Assembly: GCA_965226795.1 (NCBI GenBank)
Contig: CBDDDZ010000002.1
Coordinates: 608,001-672,000 of the forward strand
Direction of reading: 5' to 3'
DNA: 64,000 nucleotides
Source: Candidatus Latescibacterota bacterium
GTDB taxonomy: Bacteria > Latescibacterota > UBA2968 > GCA-2709665
The notes below the pieces were generated by a model. It saw only the letters and a program-made list of their open reading frames with translations, was not told where the DNA came from and ran no database searches. The position numbers were made by a program, and so were the translations under genes. Of this stretch, positions 9,572-20,351 are shown one piece after another; position 1 is the first letter of the stretch; every line of letters begins with the position of its first letter.

Positions 9572-10309
9572 ATGCCCCTCACCGCCGCCCAACTCAAACG
9601 GTATCGTGCCGACGGCTATGCCGTGGGCGGCCGGATTCTCGACGACAACGCGCTCGTCCGGTTGCGCGCTGAATTGGATTCCATTATCGGGAACCTTGCT
9701 CCGGACCGGCGGCCGGAGAATATGCCCTCGCTTCATTACGACAATCGCTACCTTCGGGATCTGTTCCTGAGCGACAGCCTCATCGACGTGGCGGCGCAGA
9801 TCGTGGGGCCGGATGTCGCGCTTTTCACTTCCTACGTGATCAGCAAACGCCCCGACGACGGTCTGGCCGTCGACTGGCATCAGGATGCCGCGTTTTTTCC
9901 GATCGAGCCGATGGATACGTTCACCCTCTGGCTGGCGGTGGACGACTCGGACGTTGAGAACGGCTGTATGCGGGTGATACCCGGCAGCCACCGGGAGGAG
10001 GCCGTGCTGCTGCACAGCGTGGATCTCGATTCCGGCACCACCCTGCCGATGTCGCTGGAAAATCTCGACCTTTCGGAGGCCACGGACGTGCAACTGCGGG
10101 CGGGTGAGTATTCGGTTCACGATCCCTGGATCCTTCATGGATCCAATCCCAACAGGTCGTCCAGGCGGCGTTGCGGGATAACGCTGAAATACATTTCCAC
10201 CCACGTCGCGATCGACCGCACGTTCCGTTCTCCGTCCGGGTTCGACTGGGACGGGCTCCGCCTCTACCTGGCGCGAGGAAATCCGGGCCTGCACACCTAT
10301 GCGGGATGA
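9572..10309 (+). CDS. Phytanoyl-CoA dioxygenase (PhyH) family Fe(II)/2OG oxygenase
   Basis: WHQD, TLWLAVDDS.VENGCMRVIPGSH, HGSNPNRS.RRR. Confidence 0.92.
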   Translation: MPLTAAQLKRYRADGYAVGGRILDDNALVRLRAELDSIIGNLAPDRRPENMPSLHYDNRYLRDLFLSDSLIDVAAQIVGPDVALFTSYVISKRPDDGLAVDWHQDAAFFPIEPMDTFTLWLAVDDSDVENGCMRVIPGSHREEAVLLHSVDLDSGTTLPMSLENLDLSEATDVQLRAGEYSVHDPWILHGSNPNRSSRRRCGITLKYISTHVAIDRTFRSPSGFDWDGLRLYLARGNPGLHTYAG

Positions 10310-10357
10310 CTTTCACGGTCTTTCCGCACAACCCGGCGCGGAAATAGAAGAAATATA

Positions 10358-12031
10358 ATGGAAAGCGCGCATCGCTTTATCCTGCTGGCCGACCTCCACC
10401 TTTCCGACAACCCGGACACGGCAGCCTATCAGGCGCTCCGGTGGGCCGTAGACCGCGTGAATCTGGAGAAACCGGATTTCCTCGCTGTCGCGGGAGATGT
10501 CACGACCTTCTCCACGGCCGCATCCGCCGTCTGTTGCCTGGAGGCGCTGGAGCGGGTCGAGGTCCCGGTCTTGTTCACTCCCGGAAACGCGGATCGGCGG
10601 GGTCCGCACGCGCTGTCTGTGTTGAAAGACCTGGCGGCGCCTGAACGGCGGGTGGCCGTGTTCGACGACCTTTTGGTCCTTCTGCCCGATACGTCTTCCG
10701 GGAAGCTTCCCGATAACGAGCGCTTGTGGCTGAACCGGAGCGTCCGGTCCACATGTGCGGACCGGCGACTGGTCATCACCCACTATCCGCTGGACAGGAT
10801 GGATGCCGAAGACCGGACGTGGCTGACGCGCTGGCTTTCGGAGAACGGTGTCGAACTGCTTGCCGCGGGGCACAGCCACGTTCACAGGACCCGGCACGAG
10901 ACCGGCTTCGTGGAGGCCGTGGTCCGGGGGCTGGATCCGGATAAAGCAATTGGAGACTTGCCGGGGATCAGCCTCTTTGAGAGTTCGCAAAAGGCAGCCT
11001 GGACGGAGATATTCATGCCCTGGTCGCCCGCGATGCGGTTGCTGCCCGCGGACCTCCCGGGCGGAATACTGCCGTTGGGCTGGTCGATACAGGGCGATCC
11101 CGTGGCGGCCGCCGGGGAGACCATGGATTTCGGCCTGGCCTGCCTTGAAATCCGACCTGTCGATCTCGGTTTTTCTCAGCACGCGCTTTCGGTGGCGCTT
11201 GGCGAACTTCGGGATCGGGGCCCTCTTTTTCTGTCCTATCATCTGCCCGACCTGACGTGGAACGCGAGAACCGGACGCGTCGAGCGAGTCGATGCGGTCC
11301 GGGCGCACCTGGATTGCGCGATGGAAGCGGGTGTGGACAGCCTGACCGTCCATGTCCCCAGGGCGAGCGCCCGCGCAATGGAGCGCGTTCAGGTGGGTCG
11401 ACCGGAGCCGACCGGATGTTTCCTGGCTTTCACGGAAACTTTCACGAGCCTCTTTACGGAGGCGGCCAGCGCCGGCGTGGGGATCGCAATTGAGAATATC
11501 CACAATCCCGCCAATACCCCGGTGGATTCACCGGATCGGGAATTCGCCACGCGGATCGACGAATACCTGAGATGGATCGACGCCGTGGCGCACGAGACGG
11601 CGGATGTGCCTGGAGCAAGGGTGGGTGCGTTGTTGGATGTGGGCCACGCGCGGAACAACGGGGGCGATCTGGATAATCTGCAGCCCCTGGGCGACTGGTA
11701 TGCCCACCTGGGGCGGCGTATTCTGGGATATCATATCCACCAGGTGGACACGGATCCGGCGACGGGCAGGCTTTCCAACCATCACGAAATTTCGGATCTG
11801 TTCGGCAGTCGGATCTCCTTCGCCGGCTTTCTCTGGGCGTGGTCCACGCACCAGATCACCCGGGGCCCGCTTTTCGTAGAGGTCCGCGATGCCGAGGGCC
11901 GGCGGAATACGGTCCGACGCTTCAAGCGGCTTTTTGAGAACGCCCATAGAATTCGAGTGGCGGCGGATCTGTCGGACAGGTGGCCGTCATATCAAGACGC
12001 AGGAGGCACGGGAGCAGACGATGATTCCTGA
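10358..12031 (+). CDS. Metallophosphoesterase fused to an AP-endonuclease-2/xylose-isomerase-like TIM barrel
   Basis: N-terminal DLH, GDV, GNAD, THYP, GHSH; C-terminal IEN, LDVGH, YHIHQ, FVE. Confidence 0.8.
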   Translation: MESAHRFILLADLHLSDNPDTAAYQALRWAVDRVNLEKPDFLAVAGDVTTFSTAASAVCCLEALERVEVPVLFTPGNADRRGPHALSVLKDLAAPERRVAVFDDLLVLLPDTSSGKLPDNERLWLNRSVRSTCADRRLVITHYPLDRMDAEDRTWLTRWLSENGVELLAAGHSHVHRTRHETGFVEAVVRGLDPDKAIGDLPGISLFESSQKAAWTEIFMPWSPAMRLLPADLPGGILPLGWSIQGDPVAAAGETMDFGLACLEIRPVDLGFSQHALSVALGELRDRGPLFLSYHLPDLTWNARTGRVERVDAVRAHLDCAMEAGVDSLTVHVPRASARAMERVQVGRPEPTGCFLAFTETFTSLFTEAASAGVGIAIENIHNPANTPVDSPDREFATRIDEYLRWIDAVAHETADVPGARVGALLDVGHARNNGGDLDNLQPLGDWYAHLGRRILGYHIHQVDTDPATGRLSNHHEISDLFGSRISFAGFLWAWSTHQITRGPLFVEVRDAEGRRNTVRRFKRLFENAHRIRVAADLSDRWPSYQDAGGTGADDDS

Positions 12032-13094
12032 ACTTGAAGTGAAGGGCGCGCCATTCCAGCGTGGAGAACAGATCGGGTGCCGGTTCAAGACGCAGATAAG
12101 GAGCACGCTTGCCCGATTGTCTGAGAATAGGGAAGTTCGAGACCGCCAGATCACCCTGATGGAAGCGATGCTCGGGCATCTGGAGGCGGAATTTCCGGAG
12201 ATCCTGGAAGAGATCCGCGGCATTGCCCGGGGTGCGGAAATTTCGGATGATGACGCGTTCTTCAAGAATACATACAACGCCGTCGGACCCGCGCTGGCAG
12301 ACGACCTCGCCTGCAGCAGCGTGGCCTTTGTGGCCAGCGACGTGGGACCCATCCTCGGGAAGACCGATGACGGGAGCTTTCGCCCGGGTTCGGATCGCCT
12401 GGGGGGATTGACAATCCTGACGATACGTTCGGAGGAGGGATACGACGTATTGTGCGTGAACCAGATCGGAACCGTGTGGACCGAGTGCGGGGTGAACGAG
12501 AAAGGGCTGTGCATCGGGACGAATTCGGGCCATCCTACGATGAAGGGACAGGACGGGATCGGAGTGCCCCAGCACATCGTACCCCGCCTCCTGTTGCGGC
12601 GGTGCGCCAACGTGAAGGAGGGCATCGACTTCCTCAGGCGGACCACGTTGACGGGCAAGGGCATCAACATCGTGCTGGCCGACGCGGAGGGAAGCGCCGC
12701 CGCCACGGAGAACGCCTGCGCCATGAACGGTGTACGGGAGCCGGAGCATGGCGTTGTATTCTCGACAAACCACTATTTCAGCGAGGAGATGCAGGCCGTG
12801 GCGTGGAGATGGGATCCGGAGTTCATCCGTACGCGGTATTTTCAGAACTCTTTGAACCGGATCGCCCACCTTTACGGGCGATTTGGAGACGGCGGGAAAG
12901 CGCTCAGCCTGCAGGAAATGCGGGAGGTCCTGATGGATGAACACAATCCGGGCGGCCTGTGCCAGCGTCCACAGAATAATGAAAACAAAATGACCACGAA
13001 TTTCGGTGTGATTCTGGTGTGCCGGGATCGCGAAATGTGGCTGAACGAAGGGCCGCCGTCTCTGAACCGGTTCGATCGATACGCGCTGAGTTGA
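12021..13094 (+). CDS. C45 family autoproteolytic Ntn-hydrolase/acyltransferase
   Basis: G.PFQRGEQIG, EEIRGIARGA, nucleophile context ACSS, GKTDD, GVNEKGL, TNH. Confidence 0.87.
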   Translation: MIPELEVKGAPFQRGEQIGCRFKTQIRSTLARLSENREVRDRQITLMEAMLGHLEAEFPEILEEIRGIARGAEISDDDAFFKNTYNAVGPALADDLACSSVAFVASDVGPILGKTDDGSFRPGSDRLGGLTILTIRSEEGYDVLCVNQIGTVWTECGVNEKGLCIGTNSGHPTMKGQDGIGVPQHIVPRLLLRRCANVKEGIDFLRRTTLTGKGINIVLADAEGSAAATENACAMNGVREPEHGVVFSTNHYFSEEMQAVAWRWDPEFIRTRYFQNSLNRIAHLYGRFGDGGKALSLQEMREVLMDEHNPGGLCQRPQNNENKMTTNFGVILVCRDREMWLNEGPPSLNRFDRYALS

Positions 13095-13209
13095 TTGACC
13101 GCCCGGCGGGACAGCCGCATTCGAGGGAACGGAGAGGATCCGGTTAGGCGGGCTCGGCTTCGACCGTCTACAGTCTGCGGCGGAATCACTTTCGAGTGGG
13201 AGAATCGAC

Positions 13210-14172
13210 ATGACCCTGCGTAAACTCTACGAAACGGCCATCCAACTCGGCATGGGTCTCGACTTTCGAGGCGAGGCGGCACTCAATAAGGAACTTGCAA
13301 GCCGCCGGGAGGAATTCGAAGCGCTTCCGGACTGGAGAAAGCCCTACTTCGACCGGGAGCGGCTCAGGAATCCTTATGCGGATTGCCGCATTGTCAACGG
13401 TCCGGACGATGCGGAACTGAATACGGTCCTGTTGGGCATCAATATCCAGATGCCCGAGTTTCTGCTGGCCGGCCACCTGCGCGACAAGGGCACGCGGATC
13501 GATGCGCTGGTGGCGCATCACACAACCGGCACCGGCGTCGGACGTTCGCACGTTTACGACATCATGTCGGCCAATATAGATATCTTCCAACGGGAAGGGG
13601 TCCTCAGGGCCGAGGCGGAGCGGATTTATCGACCGCTCATGGAGCAGGCGTGGCAGGTCTACGATGACATCCCGAACCGCATGGCGCCGGATATGGCGAA
13701 GTTTTTCGATTTTCCGATGATCCAGATCCATGCCCCGACCGACCTGTATCACGGCAAAGCCATCGACGATGTCTTTACCGAGGCCCGTCCGGAGACGCTG
13801 GAAGATGTCCTTTGTGCGCTTATGACGATACCCGAGATGCAGAGCGCAGCACGGATCGGCGCCGAACCCCGGATCGTGGTTGGGGAAGCAGGTCGGCGCG
13901 CGGGCCGCATTCTGCACCAGGAACTGGGCGGGTGGGGGTGGCCTGCCGACGCCTATCCGCTTCTGGCGGAGGCGGGGGTGGACACGGTTCTACTCGTCGG
14001 CCTGGGGCCGGGCGTCCAGGAGGCGATTCGGAAAGCGGGCATGGGCGCCGTACGCATTCCGCACGCCGCGGTGGACAACCTCGGGATCAACCTGTTTCTG
14101 GACGAGGTGGAATGCAGGCTCGGCCCGTTAAACGTCATACCGTGCAATTATTTCGAGCGGATTACAAGATAG
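13210..14172 (+). CDS. NIF3 (NGG1p-interacting factor 3)-like protein
   Basis: N-terminus LYETAIQLG..DFRG and FDRERLRNPYADCRI, plus HH, IHAPTD and H...DNLGINL motifs of the long NIF3-like family. Confidence 0.75.
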   Translation: MTLRKLYETAIQLGMGLDFRGEAALNKELASRREEFEALPDWRKPYFDRERLRNPYADCRIVNGPDDAELNTVLLGINIQMPEFLLAGHLRDKGTRIDALVAHHTTGTGVGRSHVYDIMSANIDIFQREGVLRAEAERIYRPLMEQAWQVYDDIPNRMAPDMAKFFDFPMIQIHAPTDLYHGKAIDDVFTEARPETLEDVLCALMTIPEMQSAARIGAEPRIVVGEAGRRAGRILHQELGGWGWPADAYPLLAEAGVDTVLLVGLGPGVQEAIRKAGMGAVRIPHAAVDNLGINLFLDEVECRLGPLNVIPCNYFERITR

Positions 14173-14182
14173 GAAATCCTGC

Positions 14183-14995
14183 ATGTCCGGACGTTCATCC
14201 GCCCCGCTCGCCGTGGTGACGGGCGCCGCCAGCGGCATCGGCAAGGCCACCGTCGAGCGCTTTGTCGACGAGGGGTTCCGCGCGGCGGCACTGGACCGGT
14301 CAATTGAGGGGCTCGACGCGCTTAAGGGTTCGCGGGTCGGCCCGCACGTGCACCCCTTCCGCTGTGATCTCTCTGACGTGGGCACCCTCACCCCGCTCGC
14401 CAGGCGAATCGTTGTGGATCTCGGGCCTCCGCGTGTGCTGGTCAACAGCGCTGGCGTGTGCCTGTACGCGGATATTACGGAGACAACGGATGAGATGTGG
14501 GAAACGTCCCTGAACACGAATCTCGTCGGCGCTTCCGCGTTGATCCGCGGGTTTGTACCTGGGATGCAACGGGTGGAGGGGGCGGCCATCGTCAACGTGG
14601 CTTCGCGCAATGCGTTGTCGAGCAGCCCGCGCGCGGCGACGTATGACGCCGCAAAGGCCGCGCTGGCGGCCCTTACGCGCACGCTGGCGGTGGAACTGGG
14701 CGGGGACGGCATCCGCGTGAACGCGGTGCTGCCGGGGTTTATCGATACGCCGATTCACGGGGACCTGCTTGAGGACCGGGTTTTCGTGCGGAATTACCTA
14801 AAGCTGATACCGCTCAACCGCATCGGAAAACCCGAGGATATTGCCAATATCATCTACTTTCTGGCTTCGGACGGGGCCGCATTTATCACCGGCCAGGGGA
14901 TCGTGGCCGACGGCGGACAGATGTCGGGCCAGAACTACGTCAAAGTGTTCGGGGAACGGGATTCATTCCGGGCCCGACAGGAGACCGACACATAG
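14183..14995 (+). CDS. SDR family oxidoreductase
   Basis: TGAASGIG, NSAG, YDAAK, IRVNAVLPG, ITGQ...DGG. Confidence 0.95.
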   Translation: MSGRSSAPLAVVTGAASGIGKATVERFVDEGFRAAALDRSIEGLDALKGSRVGPHVHPFRCDLSDVGTLTPLARRIVVDLGPPRVLVNSAGVCLYADITETTDEMWETSLNTNLVGASALIRGFVPGMQRVEGAAIVNVASRNALSSSPRAATYDAAKAALAALTRTLAVELGGDGIRVNAVLPGFIDTPIHGDLLEDRVFVRNYLKLIPLNRIGKPEDIANIIYFLASDGAAFITGQGIVADGGQMSGQNYVKVFGERDSFRARQETDT

Positions 14996-15009
14996 GAAGG
15001 AAACCGGCC

Positions 15010-16179
15010 GTGGCATCTTCACCGGTCATTGCGCAGGTCAGGGTCTGGGAGGTCACGGTGCCGTTGCTGCAGGAGTGGGCCGCCAGCCCGGTATTTGGCG
15101 GTAACCCGAGCAGTATCGACGACCGGTTCGTGCTATGCATCACAGACTCTGAGGGCGTTGAGGGATGGGGCGAGGCCGTCCGGTCCGGCTTGCGTGAGGC
15201 GAACGAGGAAACGATTTCCGGGCTTGTGGGCAGGCCGGTGTCGGCGTTCAGGCTTTCCTTCCTGGAACTGTGGCCACCGGGCCGGCTATACTGGCAGCGC
15301 CCGCCGCCGCCGTCTCCGTACGCGGCCGATCCGGCCAATTTGCAGCACAGGCTGCGCCACCCGTTGCAGGCTCTTGTCGAGATGGCGCTCGGCGATCTCA
15401 CCGCCGGACGGGCGGGCCTGCCCCTGTGTGCTCTGTGGGGCGGCGCCTGGAGGGACCGCGTATCTGTGGATTACTGGATGCCGCGAACCACGCCCGACCA
15501 CGCCGCGAAATGCGTCGAGCGCGGCATGGCACTGGGCTTCTCGGGCGTCAAACTGAAGACGTCGCTCGAAGACCCCAATGTCGAGCGGCTGGAAGCCATC
15601 CGCCACGCGGCGGCGGACTGGCAGGTTACCGTGGATGCCAACGGGCGGTTCTACCGGCTGGACGACGCGATTTCGGTGCTTCGGGAGATGGACCGCGTGG
15701 GCAACATGGCCATCCTTGAGGATCCGTTTCCCCGCTTTCATCTCGAGGAGTTCGCGGAGTTGCGGCGCCGCGTTCAGGCGCGCCTGGTCGTGCACGTCGA
15801 TCCGCCGGAATCGCTGTGGAACGTGCTGACGTCCGGCGCCGTGGGAGGTCTGAATATCGACAGCGCCTGCGGTCTGTACAACTGGCGCCTGCAGGCGGCC
15901 GCGGCGGCCCAGGCGAACCTGCCGGTCTGGCAGGGCAGCGGGATCGACCTGGGGATCGCCACGGCGGCGCAACTCCACCTTTCGGCCAGCGCGCCGAACT
16001 GCACGCTGCCCGGGGATCAGGCGGGTCCGTGGCTGCGGGAGTCCCACCTGCTGACGCGGGATTTCGAAATCGAGAGCGGCCACGTACTGCTCCCCGATGG
16101 CCCCGGCCTGGGGGTAGAAGTCGACCTTGCTGCGGTGGACAGGTACTGTACACACCACCGGACCTGGCCGGCCGGTTGA
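15010..16179 (+). CDS. Mandelate racemase/muconate lactonizing enzyme (enolase superfamily) protein
   Basis: GWGE, EMALGDL..R.AGLP...LWGG, KLK, VDAN, LEDP, PDGPGLGVEVD. Confidence 0.88.
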   Translation: MASSPVIAQVRVWEVTVPLLQEWAASPVFGGNPSSIDDRFVLCITDSEGVEGWGEAVRSGLREANEETISGLVGRPVSAFRLSFLELWPPGRLYWQRPPPPSPYAADPANLQHRLRHPLQALVEMALGDLTAGRAGLPLCALWGGAWRDRVSVDYWMPRTTPDHAAKCVERGMALGFSGVKLKTSLEDPNVERLEAIRHAAADWQVTVDANGRFYRLDDAISVLREMDRVGNMAILEDPFPRFHLEEFAELRRRVQARLVVHVDPPESLWNVLTSGAVGGLNIDSACGLYNWRLQAAAAAQANLPVWQGSGIDLGIATAAQLHLSASAPNCTLPGDQAGPWLRESHLLTRDFEIESGHVLLPDGPGLGVEVDLAAVDRYCTHHRTWPAG

Positions 16180-16199
16180 ACGGGCGACGGACATCACCC

Positions 16200-16401
16200 G
16201 GACAACAGCGAGACGTTAGACGCATGAGGTCCGCCCAACACCCCGTCGTTGTTCGCCTTGTCTCACGTCTTGCCTATTCCGGTCTTTCGCGCTTTGCCGT
16301 TTCTGACGTCTTACGTCTCCCGTCTCAGGTTTACCCCTGGGTTGGGTCGGGCGGGGAGTGTTGACCGTTGACAGCTTGTTTTCTGACCAGGAGGTCAGCG
16401 A
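16200..16401 (+). repeat. Heptamer-rich intergenic repeat, copy B
   Basis: Matches 3231-3390 (minus) at both ends and 21610-21734 over about 100 nt. Confidence 0.65.
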
Positions 16402-16854
16402 ATGGGGTTTACGAGGGTTCACCACGTCAAGTACACGGTTGGCGACCTGGACAGGTCGCTTGCGTTTTACCGGGATATGCTGGGGTTTGAAGTGACCTAC
16501 GAGGCCGCGCGTGAGGCCCTGCCTTCGTACGATAGAATTATGAAGATGCGGGACGTCAAGTTGCGGGTGGGGATGTTGCTTCACAGGCCCACGGGGTTTG
16601 TCTTGGGCCTGGTTCAGTTTCAGAACCCGCCGCCCGTCGAGCGGGAACTGCGCAACAACTATGTCGGGGCATCCAGCCTGGCGCTTCAGGTGGACGACGC
16701 GGTGTCCGAATACGAACGATTGACTTCGGCGGGGGTGGCGGCAACGAGCCCGCCCACCGAAATCGTCCGCGACGGAAAGGTGGCCGCCGTCGCATTCTAT
16801 GTTCTGGATCCGGATGCCATTCCCATCGAGATCTGGCAGCCGGTCGACGCGTAA
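16402..16854 (+). CDS. VOC/glyoxalase family protein
   Basis: HHV..TVGDLDRSLAFYRDMLGF, YVLDPD..PIEI; AGGAGG RBS. Confidence 0.9.
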   Translation: MGFTRVHHVKYTVGDLDRSLAFYRDMLGFEVTYEAAREALPSYDRIMKMRDVKLRVGMLLHRPTGFVLGLVQFQNPPPVERELRNNYVGASSLALQVDDAVSEYERLTSAGVAATSPPTEIVRDGKVAAVAFYVLDPDAIPIEIWQPVDA

Positions 16855-16899
16855 AGAGGCGTGGGGAAAGCTGCCGCTTCCTGTTATTGGAGATTGAAA

Positions 16900-19077
16900 A
16901 TGGAGATTCAGGTTCGAGGGCGAGTGATTGAAGATCCGTCGGGACGCGGCCTGGCCGGGGTTTCCGTCTCGAACGGTGAGCGGATTGTTCAGACGAATGC
17001 GGAGGGTCGGTACGAACTCCAGGTGGAACCCGGGTCGCACCGGTTCGTGTTTATCACGCTTCCGGACGGGTTTTCTGCGCCGGATGGGTACTACCGATCC
17101 ACGTGGAACTGGTCGGAGACGCGCGACGGTGTGGATTTCCGGCTTTCGCCGTCTCCCGAACGGGCCGGACGGTCGTTCACGCTCGTGCAGATTACCGATA
17201 CGCACGTCGTTACCGAAGGAGAAACGCTCACGTCGGGAGCCGTGCTTACGGAAGCCCTGCAGCGGCTCGAACGGGAGGCCGGACCCGATCTGATCGTGGC
17301 CAGCGGGGATCTGACGGATTGGGGAACCGTCGAACAGTTGACCGCCTTTCGCAATGCGGTCGAGAAGATTTCGGCGCCCGTATTTCCGTTGTTCGGCGGA
17401 CACGACGGGAACGAAGAGCGCACCGGCGGTATTTCCGTTGATGCGTTCGTAGGACTGAAGACGACGCCGAATAACCCGAAGCTTAAGGAAATCGAAAAGA
17501 AAAACGCCGGCAAGCCCGCTACGCTGCACTTCGAGGAGGTGCTGGGGCCCGCATATTACAGCCTTGATTGGGGCGGGCGGCACTTTGTGTTCTACCCCAA
17601 CGAACAGTCGTACTTCTCGACGTTGGACCTCGAACGCAAGGAAGGATGGTTCTGGGCGGACCTGGCGCTGCAGCCCGAAGACCGCGAAATTGTGGTTGTC
17701 GTGCATACCCCGCCGGCGGATTCGTTTCTTTGCGCGTTGAGTCGGTTCAACGTTCAAATTCTCCTTCATGGACACTGGCACTCCAGCAAGGTATTTTCGT
17801 ACGGTGATATGGTCGTGGCCGCCACCCCGCCGATCTGTTTCGGGGGGATCGACACCTCCCCCAGGGGCTACCGCCTGGTACGGTTCGAAGAGAATAGTTC
17901 GTCCATGGAAGCGGGCGTGCTGCAGTCCGCGGACGCCTCGCGAGCGTCTCAGGAACGGACGCCACCGGAAATCGGATTCGACGGCGTTGCACTGCATCTG
18001 CGCTGGGAGGGACGGATTCCGGGCGGGCTCCACCGGGCGGCGCCCGCGTTGTCCGGAGAGCGCGTGTTTCTGAGCCTGCGCGACGAGGGCTGGCCTGGAC
18101 GAACCGGAATCTGCTGCGTCGACGCAACGAGCGGGGACATGCTCTGGCATGCGCCTACGGATGCGGCGGTCAAGAACAGCCCCGCTATTGATGGCAACGT
18201 ATGCACGGCTGTTTCCGTCACCGGCCGGGTGCACGCGTTCGAGACGGCTTCCGGCGGCCCGTTGTGGGAGGCGGACCTGCCCGGGTATCCCGGGCGCTGG
18301 ATTTACACGTCTCCGGTTATTGCGGATGGAACGGTGTACGCAGGCGCCAAGTCCGGTTACGCTGCCTTCGATCTGACGTCGGGGCGTCGGCGTTGGCATA
18401 CGGTTAACGAAGGCAGTGACAATTGGGCCTGTTACGCCGGCCCTCAGGTTTCCGGCGACCTGCTTGTTCTGCTCGTGCAGCGGATGGGTCTTGTGGCGCT
18501 GGACCGCGAGACGGGGGACGTCGTCTGGGAACGGCCGATCGGGGTGGATTACCCCTATGCAGCGCCGGTCCTGTCGGGAGACCTGATCCTGAGCGGCGGC
18601 GGCGCATCCGACCTTCACCATTTCACGGGGAAAGCATCGCCACTCATCGCGGTGCGGGCGGAATCGGGCAGTGTCGTCTGGAACAGACCGATCCTGCCGT
18701 CCAGATATCCCACGGGACTGCTGGTTCACGACGAGCGGATCTATGCGACCACCCCAGAGGGCGAGGCTCTATGCTTTGACCTGGATGACGGTGCGTTGCA
18801 CTGGCGGTTCCGGACAGGAGATGACTTGCTGGATATGGTTCCCTATCGCAGGGGGGTGCGGTCCATCCTGGCCGCTCCGGTGATGTTCGAGGATCTTCTT
18901 CTGGTCGCCGGGTGCGACGGGATTCTCTATGCCCTGGATCACGCTTCGGGCCGATGCCTGGGCAGCGCTTCCTTCGACTCGCCGATTACGGCGCCTCCAT
19001 GTGCGGTGGAGGGCGGGCTGGTTGTGGGTACGTATGACGGGCGGGTCTTTTGTTTTGAAAGAACGGGGTACAAGTAA
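16900..19077 (+). CDS. Calcineurin-like phosphoesterase with N-terminal prealbumin-like domain and C-terminal PQQ-like beta-propeller
   Basis: GLAGVSVSNG..IVQTNAEGRY, DTH, GDL, GGHD, HGHWH, then repeated D..(T/S)G...W propeller units. Confidence 0.85.
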   Translation: MEIQVRGRVIEDPSGRGLAGVSVSNGERIVQTNAEGRYELQVEPGSHRFVFITLPDGFSAPDGYYRSTWNWSETRDGVDFRLSPSPERAGRSFTLVQITDTHVVTEGETLTSGAVLTEALQRLEREAGPDLIVASGDLTDWGTVEQLTAFRNAVEKISAPVFPLFGGHDGNEERTGGISVDAFVGLKTTPNNPKLKEIEKKNAGKPATLHFEEVLGPAYYSLDWGGRHFVFYPNEQSYFSTLDLERKEGWFWADLALQPEDREIVVVVHTPPADSFLCALSRFNVQILLHGHWHSSKVFSYGDMVVAATPPICFGGIDTSPRGYRLVRFEENSSSMEAGVLQSADASRASQERTPPEIGFDGVALHLRWEGRIPGGLHRAAPALSGERVFLSLRDEGWPGRTGICCVDATSGDMLWHAPTDAAVKNSPAIDGNVCTAVSVTGRVHAFETASGGPLWEADLPGYPGRWIYTSPVIADGTVYAGAKSGYAAFDLTSGRRRWHTVNEGSDNWACYAGPQVSGDLLVLLVQRMGLVALDRETGDVVWERPIGVDYPYAAPVLSGDLILSGGGASDLHHFTGKASPLIAVRAESGSVVWNRPILPSRYPTGLLVHDERIYATTPEGEALCFDLDDGALHWRFRTGDDLLDMVPYRRGVRSILAAPVMFEDLLLVAGCDGILYALDHASGRCLGSASFDSPITAPPCAVEGGLVVGTYDGRVFCFERTGYK

Positions 19078-20351
19078 TGAAGAAGGTAGACCCCGTTGCG
19101 GTGTGGGATGTGCGGCCGTGGGGATGCGATACGTTCCGTGTTGACGATTTCAACGGCGACGGTAAGCATGAGGTGCTTTTTCTGCAGACGTCGGGATGCC
19201 ATGCCGACAGGCGGCACGATCCGAGGGTTCCGGAGTTCAGGGCCTACAAGACCGGCATCGAGGAGCAGGAATTGTTCTGTATGACGCTGGTGGATGGTGA
19301 GGGGAATATCCTGTGGCAGGTGGGAGAACCCTGGGCGCTGGACAGGCCCTTTTCGTGGAACGGGCACTGGAACGAGTTCTGCCACGTGGTGGATTTCGAC
19401 GGCGACGGGCAGGTGGAGATTCTGTTCGTGCACAAGGACGATTTGCGGATCTACGACGGGGCGACCGGGGCGCTGCGCCATCAGGCAGAGATGCCCCACC
19501 CGGGGGCGTATTACACCCGTGCGGTGAGGACCGATCATTCGGGGAAGTACCAAATTTTCGCGCACGTAGATCCCTGTTTTCTGCTGAATTCAAATTTCGA
19601 CGTGGTCTGGGAGAGAGACGCGCCCGGGGCGCTGCCCGGACATTTCGGGTGTTTTGCGGACGTGGACGGGGACGGGCTGGACGAACTGCTGGCCGGGTTC
19701 AGCCTGTTCGACCACGACGGCACGCCGCTGTGGGCCCATCCGCCTGCATCGGAGGGGGACCACCTGGACGACGCCCGCATCGCGGATATCGACGGGGACG
19801 GCCAACTGGAAATCGCCCTGGCGCACGACGGGCGCGACGCGGTGGTTCACAACGACGACGGTACCGAGCGGTTTCGCGTAAAGATGCACCACTGCCAGAA
19901 TATCCTGATCGGGAAATTTTTCGCCGATACGCCCGGGCTGCAGCTGGTTTTGATGGATAAGACAATCGGTCCGGCCGGAAAAAGGGAAGGGGTGGTTGTG
20001 GACGCCGAGGGAAGAGAGCTGTCCCGCCATCTCAATCTGGGGTACTATTCGTCCATTAACTGGGCCACCGATGTGGGTCCTTCGAGTCTGATCCGCGTGG
20101 AACGGCCGGTGGATCCGGATGGTGAGCACCGGGTGATGTGGGTTGCGCCTACTGGCGAGGAACTGGCCAGTTTAAAGGTGCGTTCGAGCTTTTACGACCG
20201 TATCCGACGGCACGGGCTGGACAGGCTTCCCGGACGGGGCCGGTATTACGGAACGGCCCATAGCCCGGCAATTGGCGATGTGAACGGAGACGGGTGCGAT
20301 GAATTGCTGGTGACGGATCGCGAGAGCGTGTGGGTTTTTGAGCGGCCGTGA
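19077..20351 (+). CDS. FG-GAP/VCBS repeat (DxDGDG) beta-propeller protein, rhamnogalacturonan-lyase-like
   Basis: Five D(F/V/I)(N/D)GDG..E motifs, plus GH and HLD motifs seen in PL11-like propellers. Confidence 0.7.
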   Translation: MKKVDPVAVWDVRPWGCDTFRVDDFNGDGKHEVLFLQTSGCHADRRHDPRVPEFRAYKTGIEEQELFCMTLVDGEGNILWQVGEPWALDRPFSWNGHWNEFCHVVDFDGDGQVEILFVHKDDLRIYDGATGALRHQAEMPHPGAYYTRAVRTDHSGKYQIFAHVDPCFLLNSNFDVVWERDAPGALPGHFGCFADVDGDGLDELLAGFSLFDHDGTPLWAHPPASEGDHLDDARIADIDGDGQLEIALAHDGRDAVVHNDDGTERFRVKMHHCQNILIGKFFADTPGLQLVLMDKTIGPAGKREGVVVDAEGRELSRHLNLGYYSSINWATDVGPSSLIRVERPVDPDGEHRVMWVAPTGEELASLKVRSSFYDRIRRHGLDRLPGRGRYYGTAHSPAIGDVNGDGCDELLVTDRESVWVFERP

